Both the position numbers and the translations under genes were made by a program. The notes under the pieces were generated by a model, which saw only the letters and a list, made by a program, of their open reading frames with translations, made no database searches and had not been told where the DNA came from. 32,000 nucleotides of DNA from Candidatus Atelocyanobacterium thalassa isolate ALOHA (GTDB lineage: Bacteria; Cyanobacteriota; Cyanobacteriia; Cyanobacteriales; Microcystaceae): the NCBI RefSeq assembly GCF_000025125.1, contig NC_013771.1, forward strand, positions 90,001-122,000, in the 5' to 3' direction. This document shows, piece by piece, positions 20,644 to 31,215 of the stretch; within the stretch, counting starts at the first letter, position 1, and every line of letters begins with the position of its first letter.

Positions 20644-21973
20644 CGGATTAGGCCCACTAATGTTTGCTGTAGCATTAGTTCTACTTTCATTAGGGTATCC
20701 AGTTGCTTTTTCTCTAGGCGGAGTATCAATAATTTTTGCTTGTGTTGGGGTATTATTAGACATTTTCAACCCAGTCTTTTTAAGTGCATTGCCAAGTAGA
20801 ATTTTTGGCATTATGGGAAACTATACTTTGTTAGCTATTCCTTATTTCATTTTTTTAGGTTCAATGCTTGAAAAAACAGGTATTGCCGAAAAATTGCTAT
20901 TAACTATGGGAATATTGTTCGGTAAATTACGTGGAGGATTAGCCTTAGCCGTTGTGATTGTAGGATCACTACTAGCTGCTACAACTGGAGTGGTTGCGGC
21001 AACTGTTGTAGCTATGGGATTAATTTCTCTCCCAATTATGTTGCGTTATGGATATAATAAACAACTTGCAGCAGGAGTAATAGTAGCATCAGGCACATTA
21101 GGTCAGTTAATTCCGCCTAGCATAGTGTTAGTTGTATTAGCAGATCAATTAAGTATTCCCGTTGGAACCTTGTTTATTGGTTCAATTGTTCCAGGAATAA
21201 TGATGGCAAGTGTATTTGCCTTGCATGTTGTCATAATTGCTATGATACGTCCTGACATTGCACCTGCAATTCCTAAAGAAGAAAGATCTATTGGAATAAA
21301 AACATTAGCAAAACAAGTCATACAAGCTATGCTTCCACCTTTACTACTTATTTTTTTAGTTATGGGAAGTATTTTTTTTGGCTTTGCGACTCCAACAGAG
21401 GCAGGAGCGGTAGGCGCTTTAGGGACTATATTTTTAGCTGCTTTTAATAAGCAGCTAAATTGGGTAACTCTTAGACAAGTATGTGATACGACATTGCGCA
21501 TCAGCACCATGGTAATTTTTATTCTTTTTGGATCAACTGCTTTTAGTCTGGTTTTCCGAGGAGTACATGGAGATCAATTTATGCTAGATATATTAACAAC
21601 ACTCCCAGGAGGAAAATATGGATTTCTAATTGTTAGTATGTTAACAGTTTTCATACTAGGTTTTTTTATTGACTTTTTTGAAATAGCTTTTATAGTTATC
21701 CCTATTTTTAAACCTGTTGCTGAAACTTTAGGTATAGATTTACTTTGGTATGGAGTTATATTAGCAGCTAATTTACAGACTTCTTTCTTAACACCTCCTT
21801 TCGGATTCGCTCTTTTTTATTTAAGAGGAGTAGCTCCTCCAGACTTAAAAACAGAAGAAATTTACTATGGTGTTATCCCTTTTATCTTACTTCAACTTTT
21901 AGTACTGATTTTGATTGTTATTTTTCCTTCCTTTGTAAACTTTTTACCATCTTTAAGTACTAATGTTAGGTAA
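20627..21973 (+). CDS. dctM: TRAP transporter large permease subunit (DctM-type)
   Basis: 448 aa and polytopic. AGGAGG lies 7 nt upstream of the ATG. The overlap with dctQ suggests translational coupling. Confidence 0.9.
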   Translation: MIQVYDGLGPLMFAVALVLLSLGYPVAFSLGGVSIIFACVGVLLDIFNPVFLSALPSRIFGIMGNYTLLAIPYFIFLGSMLEKTGIAEKLLLTMGILFGKLRGGLALAVVIVGSLLAATTGVVAATVVAMGLISLPIMLRYGYNKQLAAGVIVASGTLGQLIPPSIVLVVLADQLSIPVGTLFIGSIVPGIMMASVFALHVVIIAMIRPDIAPAIPKEERSIGIKTLAKQVIQAMLPPLLLIFLVMGSIFFGFATPTEAGAVGALGTIFLAAFNKQLNWVTLRQVCDTTLRISTMVIFILFGSTAFSLVFRGVHGDQFMLDILTTLPGGKYGFLIVSMLTVFILGFFIDFFEIAFIVIPIFKPVAETLGIDLLWYGVILAANLQTSFLTPPFGFALFYLRGVAPPDLKTEEIYYGVIPFILLQLLVLILIVIFPSFVNFLPSLSTNVR

Positions 21974-22147
21974 TCTTATACTTAAAATTACAAATTAAAT
22001 ATTTATTTTTTTAATTCAGATGTCTGTTTAAAGTACCTTACAAACTTTATAAGAGAATCACATACAATCAAAGCATATAAATTACCGATATCTTTACTTA
22101 AGATAATATTATTCAATACATCTTTTCTAATATTAATTTTTTTAAAT

Positions 22148-22753
22148 ATGAACTTTTTGCGTGATCAAGTTAATACTTTTACAGGTAAGACTCGTTTCTT
22201 AGTATCTCGTATCTTTTTACATATCTCAGGAGAAGATGCAGCTCCTTTGTTAGGAATCCTTAATGAAGAAGCACGGGCAGCAGTAGACCAAGAAGGAGAC
22301 TTATTAAAGATGGGGGAAGGGTTGGTTAGGATTTGTCAATATCTTCTTCAATTTAGTTTTAATTGGCAATCTTCTGCTAATGAAGGAGATATTTTCTGGG
22401 AAGAAGAAATGGCAGGTGACTATTTCAATGAGCTCTTTTCTGATTCAGCACAACGTTATTTAAGTAGTGAAGATTTAGAGTCAGATATAAAGAAAGAAAA
22501 TTCCGTCCTAAGCTTACCATCTAATCGTAATTTAGTTATCATGATTACTATTGCCTGCACGGGAGAAGTACCAGATTTAGAAACTAATCTTGCTGATAAA
22601 GAAGCTTTAGAATATGGTTTAAAGGCTTTGCTAAACCTTCATTACCAAGAACGTTTAGAAGCACTTCAAATTCATTACTCTCCAGCACATTTTGGAGATG
22701 AGCTCACTAACGATCAATTATTATTAAATTTTCCTGAATTAATTCCTCTATAA
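22148..22753 (+). CDS. Hypothetical soluble acidic protein resembling the C-terminal domain of DUF1517-family proteins
   Basis: 201 aa with no TM or signal sequence. The pattern NLVIMITIACTGEVPDL...DKEALEYGLKAL...LEALQIHYSP...LTNDQLLLNFPELIPL matches my recollection of the DUF1517 C-terminus. This needs an HMM check. Confidence 0.45.
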   Translation: MNFLRDQVNTFTGKTRFLVSRIFLHISGEDAAPLLGILNEEARAAVDQEGDLLKMGEGLVRICQYLLQFSFNWQSSANEGDIFWEEEMAGDYFNELFSDSAQRYLSSEDLESDIKKENSVLSLPSNRNLVIMITIACTGEVPDLETNLADKEALEYGLKALLNLHYQERLEALQIHYSPAHFGDELTNDQLLLNFPELIPL

Positions 22754-22766
22754 CTTTATTAAAATA

Positions 22767-23609
22767 ATGCGCAAAATTCTTATCATCTTTTTATCATTTA
22801 CTCTCTGTTTAACTACAATATCTTGTGGCTCATCAACACTGGATAAACCTTTGCCACATGATAAAGTAAATACTACTATTTCCAACCAAGTAAAGAATGG
22901 AAGTTATCCTATACATCAAGCAGAATACAATGATATTGATGGAGTATATACTATAAATTTACTTGATACTCCTCCTGGAGCTTCTTCTGTATATAGTACG
23001 AATAACTTACAAATGGCTAGGTTGACTCCTGAGCAAATAACTAATGGTAAAAGTAATTATTTAGAAATTACTGAGGATACAGTAGTAATGTATCTTAAAG
23101 AAGATTTTAAAATAGAGTATATTCATAATGTTATTGAACCACAAATAAATTCTCAAACAGAAACTTCTAAAAATGTTATGAGGAGAGAGTCTAGCTTTTG
23201 GAGTCCTTTCGCAGGTGCCATGGCAGGACAAGCACTCGGAAATATTCTGTTTTCTCCTCGATACTATGTTCCTCCACTATATCGTTCTGGAGGAGTCATG
23301 AATGGTTATGGAAGTTATGGGAATAATTACAACCAAGCTATTCAACGCTATCAGAAGAAATATAATGCTTCACCACCGGCAATAAAGAACAAACGAACTT
23401 TTAGAACAACAAGAAATCTACAAAATTCTAATTCAAGTATACGTAATTCTAGAAAAGGGATGTCTCGTTCCAGTGGCTCTGGTTTTGGCTCAAGTAATTT
23501 AGGAAAAGGTAAGACATCAAGACCTAGTGTTAGAGGAAGATCTAGCTTTGGATCAAGAAACTCTTTCCGATCTCGTCCTCGTAGTCGCAGTTTTAGAAGA
23601 AGACGTTAG
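22767..23609 (+). CDS. Probable lipoprotein with an extremely basic Arg/Ser/Gly-rich C-terminal tail
   Basis: 280 aa. A signal-like N-terminus ends in Cys (LCLTTISC-GSS). A globular middle region is followed by a tail: ...SRKGMSRSSGSGFGSSNLGKGKTSRPSVRGRSSFGSRNSFRSRPRSRSFRRRR. It starts 13 nt after the preceding stop. Confidence 0.55.
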   Translation: MRKILIIFLSFTLCLTTISCGSSTLDKPLPHDKVNTTISNQVKNGSYPIHQAEYNDIDGVYTINLLDTPPGASSVYSTNNLQMARLTPEQITNGKSNYLEITEDTVVMYLKEDFKIEYIHNVIEPQINSQTETSKNVMRRESSFWSPFAGAMAGQALGNILFSPRYYVPPLYRSGGVMNGYGSYGNNYNQAIQRYQKKYNASPPAIKNKRTFRTTRNLQNSNSSIRNSRKGMSRSSGSGFGSSNLGKGKTSRPSVRGRSSFGSRNSFRSRPRSRSFRRRR

Positions 23610-23615
23610 TTTTAC

Positions 23616-23653
23616 TGATAGTGAAAATTAACCATATTTAATCTTCACTATCA
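23616..23653 (+). terminator. Hairpin after the lipoprotein gene (16-bp stem with one mismatch, 6-nt loop)
   Basis: TGATAGTGAAAATTAA-CCATAT-TTAATCTTCACTATCA, starting 7 nt after the stop. There is no clean U-tract. Confidence 0.45.
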
Positions 23654-23898
23654 ATAAAATTAAATATTTATAAGATTGATAAAAAATAACTATTTTGTCT
23701 AAAAATAAAATGCATATCTAAAAATTAGATATATTACGTACATAAAATATTTTACGATGGCTATATTTAGGTTGTTTTTGATGAAATTTTTATATCCATG
23801 CTAAAAATTTTTTATGAAAATTAATTTAATATTTTGAAAAAGCTATTATCATAATATTCACATAATTTTTTACATATTAATCTTAAGAAAATAAATCA

Positions 23899-24684
23899 AT
23901 GAAAGGAGAACCATTAATTGAGTTGAAAAATGTTTCTAAATCTTTTGGTGGCTATAATATCCTAGATAAAATTAATTTAACTATCTATAGAGGAGAAGCT
24001 CTAGTTATCATAGGACCATCAGGTACAGGAAAATCAACTATTTTACGTCTTATAGCTGGATTATTACCATTAGATACAGGAAAAATTTATATTAAAGGCA
24101 AAGAACGTAAAGGAATTATCGAAGACGGTTATCAACCTATGCGAATTGCTTTAGTTTTTCAACAAGCAGCATTATTTGATTCGTTGACGGTTGATGAAAA
24201 TGTTGGCTTTTTTCTCTATGAACATTCTCAATTATCTCGTTCTAAAATCCGAAAACTAGTTGATAAAAAGCTTGCTATGGTCGGATTACATGGAATAAGT
24301 GATCGTTATCCTTCTCAACTCTCAGGAGGAATGCGAAAAAGAGTTAGTTTTGCTAGGGCTTTAATGTCTAATCCTGAAAATTCCTTAGATAATCCAGAAA
24401 TAGTTTTATATGACGAGCCTACTGCTGGATTAGATCCTATCTCATCTACTGTTATTGAGAATTTAGTTCGTGATTTACAAAATGATTCTGAAGGTTGTGG
24501 AAGCTATGTCATGGTATCTCACCAAGATAGTACTATTAGACGTACTGCAGATAGAGTGATTTTTTTGTATGGTGGAAAAATTCAATGGGAAGGAAAAGTC
24601 AATGAAATTGACTCTACAAATAATCCTATTGTTAGGCAATTTTTTAATGCTAGTGTTAAAGGTCCTATTCGAGTAACTGATTAA
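23899..24684 (+). CDS. ABC transporter ATP-binding protein, MlaF / TGD3-like (lipid trafficking type)
   Basis: 261 aa with Walker A GPSGTGKST, signature LSGGMRKRVSFARAL and Walker B LYDEPTAGLD. It lies directly upstream of an MCE-domain gene. Confidence 0.85.
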   Translation: MKGEPLIELKNVSKSFGGYNILDKINLTIYRGEALVIIGPSGTGKSTILRLIAGLLPLDTGKIYIKGKERKGIIEDGYQPMRIALVFQQAALFDSLTVDENVGFFLYEHSQLSRSKIRKLVDKKLAMVGLHGISDRYPSQLSGGMRKRVSFARALMSNPENSLDNPEIVLYDEPTAGLDPISSTVIENLVRDLQNDSEGCGSYVMVSHQDSTIRRTADRVIFLYGGKIQWEGKVNEIDSTNNPIVRQFFNASVKGPIRVTD

Positions 24685-24745
24685 TTTTTTGTATAAAAAC
24701 GGTCTTTATTATCAACTATTCTGTGGAACAATGTGAGGAAGAACT

Positions 24746-26059
24746 ATGTTAAGAATGCGAACCCTTCAAGAGGGCTCAGTAGGCTTGTTTGTTATTTTCG
24801 GTTTGACTATTTTTGGAGGATTAGTTGTCTGGCTGCGAGGAGGTGTTTTGGGGCAGAAAACTTATCAGTTTTTTGCTAATTTTAAAAATGTTAGTGGATT
24901 GCAAGTTGGTGCACCTATAAGATACAGAGGTGTAACAGTAGGTAAAATATTAGGTCTTCAACCTAATAGTAATGGAGTAAGAGTCATTTTAGAAATTTCT
25001 TCTAATCAATTAAGAATCCCAAAAGATTCTAATGTTCAAATTAATCGTTATGGATTAATTGGTGAAGCTTCAGTTGATATTACTCCATCACACAACCTCT
25101 CCGAACAAGAGCTAGCTATTGATCCTATTAGTGAAGAGTGCATAAAAGAAAGGCAAATACTTTGCAATAATGATGAAGTGATAGGTAAGACAGGTTCTCA
25201 GTTAGTTGAGGCATTGACGCGTTTAAGCAATGCTTATAGTGATCCTAAATTTATTGGTGATGTTAATTCAGCAGTAAGAAATGTATCAAAAGCAGGAGAT
25301 AGAATTGCTGTCCTTAGTCAAGAGGTAACAAAATTATCAGAAGTTGCTCGCGGTCAAATTGATGGTATAGGGGATGCTATTCGTAATACTGACCAAGCGG
25401 CTCAAGATGCTTCTAAATTAATAAGAAATGTTGATTCTATAATAGTAGAAAATCGTACCGATGTTGATAAAACAATTAAAGGAGCTGCTAATTTAACTCA
25501 TAATTTAAATACTTTAGTAGAAGAAAATAGAGAAAACATAGTTAATACACTGAATAGTATTGAACAAACTAGTGATCAAATACGTTTACTAGCTCTCAAT
25601 TTTGGAGTAACAGTAGATAAAATCAATCAAGGAATTAGTGAGATTGATATAAAACAATTTGCAAATGATCTAGAATCTCTCATGTCTAATGCAGCGTTGA
25701 CAGCAAAAAACTTACAAAACTTATCTAAATCTTTAAGCGATCCTGAAGTTATAATTACTATTCAACAAACTTTAGATTCTGCGCGTGTAACTTTTGATAA
25801 TGCTCAAAAAATCACTTCTGATGTTGAAGAATTAACAGGCGATCCCGTTTTTAGAAATAATATCCGTAAGCTTATAGATGGCTTGAGCGACTTAGTATCT
25901 GAGACCGAAAGTTTAGAACAGCAGGTTTATGCCGCACAAATAATTGAATCGGTAACTAATGCAATGGAGTACAAACTATTGTCGAAAAAAAAACTACAAG
26001 AATTTTCTCCTATAATTTATCCTCTAGATAATTCAGCAGAAGATAATGTAAAAACTTAG
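24746..26059 (+). CDS. MCE-domain protein, MlaD / TGD2-like, with a long helical C-terminal extension
   Basis: 437 aa. An N-terminal TM helix is followed by an MCE core (FKNVSGLQVGAPIRYRGVTVGKI) and then about 250 aa of coiled-coil-like sequence. Confidence 0.8.
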   Translation: MLRMRTLQEGSVGLFVIFGLTIFGGLVVWLRGGVLGQKTYQFFANFKNVSGLQVGAPIRYRGVTVGKILGLQPNSNGVRVILEISSNQLRIPKDSNVQINRYGLIGEASVDITPSHNLSEQELAIDPISEECIKERQILCNNDEVIGKTGSQLVEALTRLSNAYSDPKFIGDVNSAVRNVSKAGDRIAVLSQEVTKLSEVARGQIDGIGDAIRNTDQAAQDASKLIRNVDSIIVENRTDVDKTIKGAANLTHNLNTLVEENRENIVNTLNSIEQTSDQIRLLALNFGVTVDKINQGISEIDIKQFANDLESLMSNAALTAKNLQNLSKSLSDPEVIITIQQTLDSARVTFDNAQKITSDVEELTGDPVFRNNIRKLIDGLSDLVSETESLEQQVYAAQIIESVTNAMEYKLLSKKKLQEFSPIIYPLDNSAEDNVKT

Positions 26060-26311
26060 AAATCTTAATAATAAAAAATTAAATATTTTTAGCAAGTTTT
26101 TTGACTTTATCAAATTTTAAAATATTAATTACCTTAATGACGAATATCGCCTTTTAGAGTGAATGGGATAGCTTGAATTTAGGATGGTATTTTGGCTCTT
26201 GTTTTTGAAGTCCAAACAAATAAAAAATCAAGAAAAATTTTGAGATAATTAAAACATAGTAAAGTCCAAAGTATAATAGAATGCATACAAAATATTTATA
26301 GAGAATAATAA

Positions 26312-27694
<1,383 letters not shown>

Positions 27695-27882
27695 GTTTCT
27701 AAAACTAGAGAAACATCTCTAGCATATTTGCTGTCATTAATAGTACTATGATCAATAGATTCTTTCCTCATAAAGATAAAACTATTCGTTAAATGTAACA
27801 ATGATAGATATATCTAAAAAGTTAAGAGTTCATTGATTCTTTTCTATCTTTATCGTTATAAAAATCATTCTGCTTGTGCTGA

Positions 27883-28815
27883 ATGCTACAAATTCCTAAA
27901 ACTCCCCAAACCCCAAAAGCCCTAAATTCTGTCTTAGAGGCTTATGAACGCTGTCGTCGAATTACTCAAAAATATTCTAAAACTTTTTACTTAGGAACAT
28001 TATTAATGCCGCCTAAGAAAAGATGTGCAATTTGGGCTCTCTACGTTTGGTGTCGAAGAACTGATGAATTAGTTGATGGAGCTCAAGCTAACTTTACAAC
28101 ACCAGAAACTTTACAACAATGGGAAAATAATTTAGAGCATTTATTTGCAGGTTATCCTTTGGATGATGAAGATGTTGCCTTAGTTGATACATTAAGAAAC
28201 TTTCCAATAGAAATTACTCCATTTAAAGATATGATAGCTGGTCAAAAAATGGATTTGTATCGCAATCGCTATCAAACCTTTGATGAATTAAAACTCTATT
28301 GTTATCGTGTCGCAGGAACAGTAGGACTTATGTCTAATGCGGTTTTGGGCGTTGAAGAGCATCCTTCCATCGTCCCCTGGGAATCGCAGTTTAAGCAGAA
28401 TATTCCTAAAGAAGAGGCAATTGCACTAGGTATCGCTAATCAATTAACTAATATTCTTAGAGATATTGGCGAAGATGCTCAAAGAGGGCGAATATATTTA
28501 CCTCTAGAAGATTTAGAACGTTTTAAATATACTGAAGAAGATCTATTCAATGGAGTAATAGATGATCGTTGGAAGAATTTAATGAATTTTCAGATTCAAA
28601 GAGCTAGACAATACTATAAAGAAGCTGAACGCGGAATCAGAATTTTATCTAGAGATTCTCGCTGGCCTGTATGGTCGGCTTTGATGCTTTATCAAGGTAT
28701 CTTAGATATTATTGAAGCTAATGAATATGATGTATTTTCCAAACGTGCTTTTGTCCCAAATTTTAAAAAAATCATATATTTACCTATTGCTTGGTTAAGA
28801 GCTCAAGCACTTTAA
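27883..28815 (+). CDS. crtB: Phytoene synthase
   Basis: 310 aa from the squalene/phytoene synthase family (YVWCRRTDELVDG, YCYRVAGTVGLM, QLTNILRDIGEDAQRGRIYLP). It lies downstream of crtP, the usual cyanobacterial arrangement. Confidence 0.95.
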   Translation: MLQIPKTPQTPKALNSVLEAYERCRRITQKYSKTFYLGTLLMPPKKRCAIWALYVWCRRTDELVDGAQANFTTPETLQQWENNLEHLFAGYPLDDEDVALVDTLRNFPIEITPFKDMIAGQKMDLYRNRYQTFDELKLYCYRVAGTVGLMSNAVLGVEEHPSIVPWESQFKQNIPKEEAIALGIANQLTNILRDIGEDAQRGRIYLPLEDLERFKYTEEDLFNGVIDDRWKNLMNFQIQRARQYYKEAERGIRILSRDSRWPVWSALMLYQGILDIIEANEYDVFSKRAFVPNFKKIIYLPIAWLRAQAL

Positions 28816-28934
28816 CTACTTATATTTGTAATATGTTTATTTTTTCTATTTATTAATTAGAAAAAATTTAATAAATGAGTACAAGAAAATATATTAACAT
28901 TAGAGTAATGGAGCTAAGAGAAAGAGGATCATTC

Positions 28935-29144
28935 ATGCGATATGCTGTAGTTATTGAAAAAGGAAAATATTATTATGGAGCTTATGTTCCTGATTTACCA
29001 GAATGTTCTGCAGTTGGAAAAACTGTAGAAGAGACAAGGGAACTTATATATAATTCAATTTCTAATCATCTAGGTGGATTAGAGGAGGAAGGTAATTCTT
29101 TCCCTAGTCCTAAAACTATATGTGAATACGTAGAAATTAATTAA
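28935..29144 (+). CDS. hicB: HicB-like antitoxin (short UPF0150-type, no DNA-binding domain)
   Basis: MRYAVVIEKGKYYYGAYVPDLPECSAVGKTVEETRELIYNSISNHLGGLEEEGNSFPSP fits the HicB N-terminal fold pattern. An AAGAGGA Shine-Dalgarno sequence lies 7 nt upstream of the ATG at 28935. The ORF track starts earlier, at 28875. Confidence 0.65.
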   Translation: MRYAVVIEKGKYYYGAYVPDLPECSAVGKTVEETRELIYNSISNHLGGLEEEGNSFPSPKTICEYVEIN

Positions 29145-29411
29145 CTGTAAAACCTATAGGAGTAATCACTTTACTATGATTTAATTATTTTAGATTACTC
29201 CAAACCCTAATTTTTTCAATAATTAAATTCTTTACTTAATTATTAAACGAGATAGCTTGTAAAAAAGTAATTTATATCTAATTTTTTTACTAGAGTAAAG
29301 ATGCCTAGTTATATGGTCAATGTATTATAAAAGCTTGGGACAATACAAATTGATTATTTGTCATAGATGACTATAATAAGTAATGAATAATTTGAAATTA
29401 ATACAAAGTAG

Positions 29412-30503
29412 ATGCTAAAAGCTGGAATAGTTGGACTCCCTAATGTCGGAAAATCGACACTATTTAATGCTTTGGTTGCTAATGCTAAAGCAGACGCAGC
29501 AAATTTCCCTTTTTGTACTATCGAACCTAATGTAGGCTTGGTATCTGTACCTGACGAAAGATTAAAAGTTTTAGCCGAACTTTCTAAGTCAGAAAAAATT
29601 CTACCAACTCGTGTTGAATTTGTAGATATTGCTGGACTAGTCAAAGGTGCTGCACAAGGAGAAGGTCTTGGAAATAAATTTTTAGCTAATATTCGCGAAG
29701 TAGATGCCATAGTTCATGTGGTACGTTGTTTTGATGATGATGATATTATTCATGTATCAGGTTCTGTCAGCCCAACAAGAGATATTGAGACAATAGATCT
29801 AGAACTAGCTTTGGCTGATCTTTCTCAGGTGGAAAAACGCCTAACTAGATTAAAGAAACAGAAAAGTAATCAAAAGGAAGAACAAGAAGAAATATCTATT
29901 TTAGAAAAATTCACTATTCAGCTCAATAAGGGTATGCCAGTCAGATATCTACAGCTGACAGAAGAAGAAAGAGTATTAATTAAACCTCTGGAATTACTGA
30001 CTCTTAAACCAGTTATTTATGCTGCTAATGTTTCCGAAGATGATTTGAGTTCAGAAAATGATTGGGTACAAGAAGTAAGAAATTTTGCTTCTAATAGTCA
30101 TGCAAAAGTAATTGTAGTTTCTGCCCAAGTAGAATCAGAACTAATAGAAATTTCAGATGAAGAAAAATTGGAGTTTTTAAATGCTTTGGGAGTAAGCGAA
30201 GGCGGCTTAAAACTTTTAATCAAAGCAGTTTATGATTTGCTTGGATTAAGAACATATTTAACCACTGGTCCTAAAGAAACTCGTGCTTGGACTATCTATG
30301 CTGGAATGAAAGCTCCTCAGGCTGCAGGTGTAATTCACTCAGATTTTGAAAGAGGATTTATTCGTGCTGAAACTATCTCTTATAAAGATTTAGTATTTTG
30401 TAAAAATATTACTTTAGCAAAAGAGAAAGGTTTGGTAAGAAGTGAAGGTAAAGACTATGTTGTTCAAGAGGGAGATGTAATTTTATTTAGATTTAATGTT
30501 TAG
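29412..30503 (+). CDS. ychF: Ribosome-binding ATPase YchF (Obg-like)
   Basis: 363 aa with G1 [14 protein letters not shown], a DIAGLV motif and a C-terminal TGS-like domain ([26 protein letters not shown]). Confidence 0.95.
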   Translation: MLKAGIVGLPNVGKSTLFNALVANAKADAANFPFCTIEPNVGLVSVPDERLKVLAELSKSEKILPTRVEFVDIAGLVKGAAQGEGLGNKFLANIREVDAIVHVVRCFDDDDIIHVSGSVSPTRDIETIDLELALADLSQVEKRLTRLKKQKSNQKEEQEEISILEKFTIQLNKGMPVRYLQLTEEERVLIKPLELLTLKPVIYAANVSEDDLSSENDWVQEVRNFASNSHAKVIVVSAQVESELIEISDEEKLEFLNALGVSEGGLKLLIKAVYDLLGLRTYLTTGPKETRAWTIYAGMKAPQAAGVIHSDFERGFIRAETISYKDLVFCKNITLAKEKGLVRSEGKDYVVQEGDVILFRFNV

Positions 30504-30825
30504 CAACTTTGTAAAAAAATAAATTGATATTAACTATTTGTTGTTAATCTGTTCAACTTAATCTACATAGTAAAAGTAGTTATTTTCTATCTTGTAGCAT
30601 TAATATTTATGAAGAAAGAACTTTATGTATTTACTAGTCATACTATCGTATCAGTATATAAAATAAATAATATTGCTAATATTTTACATACGCATTAATT
30701 ATGTAATCTACTCGCTAAATATATCTTGTGATATGTAAACTTAAAATTTTTTATTTTTACACTGAAGAAGATACATAAAAGAGTTAAAATATTGTAATAC
30801 GCTTAATAAGGAGTATTTAAAACTA

Positions 30826-30927
30826 ATGTCAGGATATGCTATTGCTGGATTCAGTGGATATATTATTTCTTATACTGTAATCGCTCTTGGATTATATTTT
30901 GGATTACGTATTGCTAAAATAATTTAG
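30826..30927 (+). CDS. petL: 33-codon single-TM peptide, candidate cytochrome b6f subunit PetL
   Basis: Not in the ORF track because it is too short. Sequence: MSGYAIAGFSGYIISYTVIALGLYFGLRIAKII. It has one hydrophobic helix and a basic C-terminal ...GLRIAKII, like the PetL ending ...K(I/L)(R/K)LI. AGGAG at 30808-30812 lies 13 nt upstream. A strong hairpin follows immediately. Confidence 0.45.
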   Translation: MSGYAIAGFSGYIISYTVIALGLYFGLRIAKII

Positions 30928-30960
30928 TTATGATATCGGCATCAACGCCGATATCATAAC
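30927..30960 (+). terminator. 14-bp perfect stem-loop immediately after the petL-like ORF
   Basis: GTTATGATATCGGC-ATCAAC-GCCGATATCATAAC. The stem starts at the last base of the TAG stop. There is no strong U-tract. Confidence 0.55.
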
Positions 30961-31215
30961 TAATATTAAGTTAAAAAAATGTTTCTAAGTCATCTAGAAT
31001 GCTTTAGAAGTAACTAGTCACATAAATAAAAAATTTAATATTTTATAAAGTCATATTATTAAAATTACAGAAATAAAAGTCTAGTGTGAAAAATGATAAT
31101 AATATTTCGACATTGTGCTTTTGTCTAATTTAATTATTTAAATGATTTTTAATTTTTTATTTAGAATTGTTCAATGCTTCTGTTAAAATTTTTATGGCTT
31201 CTATGATTTTGACTA

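Noticed and set aside
23899-26059. MlaF/MlaD-like pair lacking an adjacent MlaE-type permease. I considered it another orphaned transporter.
   Set aside because: From memory of model cyanobacteria, the ATPase and MCE genes are adjacent while the permease is encoded elsewhere. The arrangement is probably normal rather than a sign of decay.
26249-26277. Promoter-like TTAAAA-17 nt-TATAAT upstream of crtP, with comparable -35/-10 look-alikes upstream of 5131 and elsewhere.
   Set aside because: TATAAT-like hexamers are ubiquitous in sequence this AT-rich. Without transcription-start-site data these are not distinguishable from background.
28875-28934. The N-terminal 20 codons of the tracked hicB ORF (MSTRKYINIRVMELRERGSF), considered as a possible remnant of a HicA C-terminus.
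   Set aside because: I see no resemblance to HicA motifs. The segment is better explained as untranslated leader, because a good Shine-Dalgarno sequence precedes the internal ATG at 28935.
29354-29710. 118-aa minus-strand ORF overlapping the 5' end of ychF. Similar antisense or alternate-frame ORFs occur at 2641-2844, 10509-10703, 13260-13454, 14184-14411, 15500-15844, 16084-16275, 16661-16885, 20605-20811, 21145-21510 and 31365-31622.
   Set aside because: Each lies entirely or mostly inside a well-supported conserved gene on the other strand or in another frame. They have low-complexity or odd composition and no recognisable motifs. Stop-free shadow frames of real genes are expected.
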